NCBI GenBank assembly: GCA_951406725.2
Contig: OX597814.1
Span: 84,816,001-84,880,000, forward strand
Direction: 5' to 3'
Source of the DNA: Octopus vulgaris
Taxonomy: Eukaryota
Length of the DNA stretch: 64,000 nucleotides
Part shown: positions 61,579 through 64,000 of the stretch, piece after piece
How positions within the stretch are numbered: the stretch's first letter is position 1
How the letters are laid out: every line of letters begins with the position of its first letter
Notes under the pieces: generated by a model
Databases searched by the model: none
What the model saw: only the letters and a program-made list of their open reading frames with translations
Told to the model about the DNA's origin: nothing
Position numbers and translations under genes: made by a program

Positions 61579-63264
61579 TCTATCACTACTCTAATAATAG
61601 TCTGCAACCCTCGGAGGAGGCTAGCCTCATATCTCTCCCACGTCCGAAATGTAGAACAATATACCCTAGAAAGAAAAAAAACCCTGCTAATTTCGGCACT
61701 ACTAGGTAAAAAAAACAATTTTTAAAACAATTTTATTCTTATTATTTGTAGTTTATGAACACTTTTCTGAGATGTAAAATATCTACATTAATTATCAAAT
61801 AACTCCAATCTCAAAAATGAGCATAATAAAAAGAACATCATACCGTATCTTTGAAAACTTAGAACACAATATTGAAAACCTCACTAAGTGTTGAGATTCA
61901 TTTAAAATCCATTTTACTGCATCCTGATGCTGTGCCCTACGCCATTCAAAAGTTCCTCCATGGTCTTCCTATTATTCACATAGTCCAAGAGAGGGTGGGT
62001 AGGGGGCCGCCCCTCACCGTCCCACTAAACCCGCTCGTAACTCTTGATGTGTTCAACCAGATTTTCCCTACACTAAGCACTGTATCCATTCACTATCCCC
62101 AGAACATTAGTCTTCTGAAATCTCCAACTTGCTCATGTCTTTCCTGCAGTTGTTGACCGGCAACAATTTAAACGGAACATTTAAAAGAGCATCATTCTCA
62201 CCCGTCTTGGAAGGCCTGCAAAAGTCATGGGCTCTGACCCCTTCCTCCAAAGTCGACGAGTAAAAAAAATATATACTACATATATATTAGAAAGTTGTTT
62301 ATTCCGATAAGCTGTCAGAGAAGAGGTGAAAGGTAAATTTCAATTTATACCAGACGTTTAATCATGTCCGACAGTGTTTGGCGAAATCGTATGAAGGATA
62401 TAATATAAAGTGGTTGGATACTGCAGAAAAGACAACAGGCATGTATTAGTTGTATTTGAGTTAAATAGTTGAAAATCTGCCGTTGTCAAACTTACTTTTC
62501 ATCCTTTCGTGATGGGCAAAATACAGTGTCAGTGAAGTACTAGGGTTGACATAATCAAATGTTCCTTCCCACTAAATTTCTGGCTCCGTGCCGCTGAAAG
62601 ATACCAATTTAATTTAATGTAACATTTTATTGAGATGGATAAGATAGGCTCTTCCTAACAAGCAACTCGATTCTAGACACAGTTTCAGAAGGGCACATGC
62701 CATTTCATTCTAAATTAACATGTCTTGCAGGAAATGTGTTTTTGGTTACAAATAACGTCGAAACTCCTTGTTCGCAACGATAAGTGGATGATAACAATAA
62801 AATACTCCCCACACATTTTCTAGACGCCTCGTGCCACGCCATGTCTAACGGATTGACAGAGTGTTTTCCTCGACAATTGAAAGCAGCTCTACGCGTTTAT
62901 CCCGAGTTAGATGTTTGATCAGAAGTATTACCAATTATTTTATTGGGTCTTCGATCGGTTGTCAAGGGAGACCTAATTTCTTGCATTTCGGCAATTTCAA
63001 CCAATCAATGGCGTCTATTGAGGTGAATACAATTACTGCTGTAGTTAGTCAACAAGTCCAACAACTTCCGGCGGTGTCTATTTAGTTTAAAAAACAGGAT
63101 CTTTTCACTTTGACCGGCAGATTTTAAAAAATAATTTCTTTGTAACTAAACACTTTTAAACTTCATATACTGGTAGAATGTGTTACATAAAACATCCTTT
63201 TCTCTTGGCTTTCTTGAGAAAATTCTGTAGTTTGTAAGCTATTTGTTGTTAAATTTCCCGCAGA

Positions 63265-64000
63265 TCTCCCTTACCCAATACTAGGTGCAGACTTTTTGTA
63301 CCACTTCTGCCTGCTTGTGGACATACGCACTCGACGCTTATGGGACGCGATCACAGAACTTTATATCCCAGGTAAAATGGATATAATCCCTGCAGTTAGT
63401 TTAGTCTTTTTCATTGCTGCCACGGACGCTGACTAACCTAAATTTTTTACTGCTGCTTCAACTCACACCACCACCCATTTCATCGAAACTTAATGATGCC
63501 CAACTCTTCTAGCCCTTGCACATGGTTTCACAGCATTCCGGGGATTGGTGGCCCACTGGTGACTACAGGAGATTAAACTCCATCACGGCGCCAGAGAGGT
63601 ATGCAATACCTCAGATTCAGGATTTTGCGTCATCTCTCCACAACTGCAGAATATTCACCAAACTGGACTTGGTTAAGGCAATATCCAGAGACTATTTCGA
63701 AGACTACCATAACCACTCCTTTTGGTGTCTTCGAATTCCTAACTATGCCATTAGGTTTATGGAATTCAGCTAGCACATTCTAAAGATTCATAGATGAAGT
63801 CGTCCGAGACTTAAACTTCGTCTGTGCATACATCGACGACATCTTGATCGCAAGTGCCTCACCCGAGGAACATCTCCATCATGTACGTCAGCTGTTCAAG
63901 CGGTTCAAGACTTACCAAGTGTGGATCAACCCTATCAAATGTGTTTTCGGCGCATCTTCTTTCACCTTTCTAGGTCACGTCATCAGCCACTGCCTGACAA
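63265..64000 (+). mobile_element. Gypsy pol remnant (protease end plus RT, YIDD), runs off the right edge; integrase scrap at about 62830-62990
   Basis: PILGADFL, GDYRRLN, FTKLDLVKA, TPFGVFEFLTMPLGL, YIDDILIAS and FLGHVI, with frameshifts and stops. Confidence 0.88.

Overview
AT-rich, repeat-dense eukaryotic DNA, most likely an octopus/coleoid cephalopod. This is inferred from the tRNA-SINE and RTE-LINE families and the microsatellite density, not from a search. The window is mostly the 5' part of one minus-strand gene, an LRRC43-like ciliary leucine-rich-repeat gene. Eight phase-compatible GT-AG coding exons (59849 down to 1525, 310 codons) were reconstructed by hand, and the gene runs off the left edge. 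A possible 5-nt ATG micro-exon and an RFX X-box lie at about 60.5 kb. The introns hold RTE-clade LINEs of at least three families. One family has a C4HC3 PHD-like finger inside the RT ORF and a variable array of structured 60-66 nt units in its 3' UTR; another has a C-terminal double C2H2 finger. Also present are three SINE families, a head-to-tail Helitron stack with Pif1 and piggyBac fragments, a decayed Gypsy LTR element, mariner/Tc1/hAT/R4 remnants, MITEs, long palindromes and a 165-bp satellite. Most short ORFs in the track are microsatellite or antisense artefacts. No CRISPR, rRNA or true tRNA was found.
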